Shown piece by piece: positions 63,121 through 64,000 of a stretch of 64,000 bases of DNA. Origin of the DNA: Cenococcum geophilum (Eukaryota); NCBI GenBank assembly GCA_050273025.1, contig CP158635.1, positions 18,972,001 to 19,036,000 of the forward strand, in the 5' to 3' direction. Position 1 is the first letter of the stretch; each line of letters starts with the position of its first letter. A program made the translations under genes and the position numbers. The notes beneath the pieces are model-generated. The model was not told the DNA's origin. It searched no databases and saw only the letters and a list, made by a program, of their open reading frames with translations.

Positions 63121-64000
63121 TAATATTTAAAAAATATAATGCTTTGTAATTAAGGCTATATTATTAAAATATATATACTTTATAATCTAGTCCTAATATT
63201 TCAATTTTATAGAAGAAAAGTATACTAGATTTAAGGGTTATTATATTAAATAAAGTAGTAGAAAAATAAGTTATATATTATATTATTTATATTTTAATAC
63301 CAACTTAATTATATAGTGGCTTATATAACTATTAAAGATTAACAATTAAGCTTTATTACTAAACAATTTAGCTCTAGACAAGAATATAGTAATAAATTAC
63401 TTAAATATAATATAATAAAGTATTTTGCTCTAGCAGAACTACACTAAGTAAAGGTGCTTTTATTTAAAGACTGTAAGGAATTTAACCAATTAATTTAGAG
63501 TAAATATTATCTCTATAACAAATGCCTATTTATAATTATTTAGTAATAATATAAAAGTTTTCATTTTAAAGCCATTTAATATAGTGACTAAGTTTATATA
63601 TACGCTTAATATAACTCTAAATTAATTTATATTCTAGGTATATTTTAATTATATATTAACTTCCCTTTATGCTTTTTTATAAAGGTTATAGGATTTTAAT
63701 ATTTACTTTAGTTATACCCTATTAATTTATATACTTTCTATTACGTAAATAAAAATTTTATACAAAAATTTTATTTAAAATAGCTAATTACCTATATTTT
63801 GCTAAGGGGCTTAGCATTACTATTTTAATTAAAGATTTAGATTACAATTTTTTTTATAATTAGATATATAAGGGCATAAATCATTATAGGTCCTATTTAA
63901 GTGCCTAATTAGTAAGCAAGGCCCCCTATTTAGGAGTTAATTGCTATTTATACTAGTGTATAAATTATTATAGTAGTTTACCATTTAATTGATCGCTTAA

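Noticed and set aside
63134..64000. Extremely AT-rich terminal stretch
   Set aside because: No assignable motif or termini; likely saturated RIP debris.

Overview
Fungal (filamentous ascomycete-type) genomic window: a RIP-mutated (CpA>TpA, TpG>TpA) nest of transposons surrounding one GC-balanced island (~50.8-55.2 kb). The island holds a single intact 7-exon gene for a KP-43/OSP-type S8 subtilase (708 aa by my exon assembly). The TE nest contains two chromodomain Ty3/Gypsy copies, four Copia elements with the CTGATCAGT post-LTR palindrome (one gag-only), several solo LTRs, a Helitron-like Rep/PIF1-helicase element, two Tad1-like LINEs and four MITE-like TIR elements. The most striking signal is three HDV-like self-cleaving ribozymes, folded by eye. 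One is canonical and sits at the exact 5' end of a LINE (28553-28638). The other two head two copies of a ~1 kb non-coding, TSD-flanked retroelement that shares the LINE's 3' tail, i.e. a ribozyme-headed SINE/SIDE. Its ribozyme has a compensatory GU/AC P1.1 helix instead of the canonical CC/GG. All calls are manual; no database search or folding program was run.
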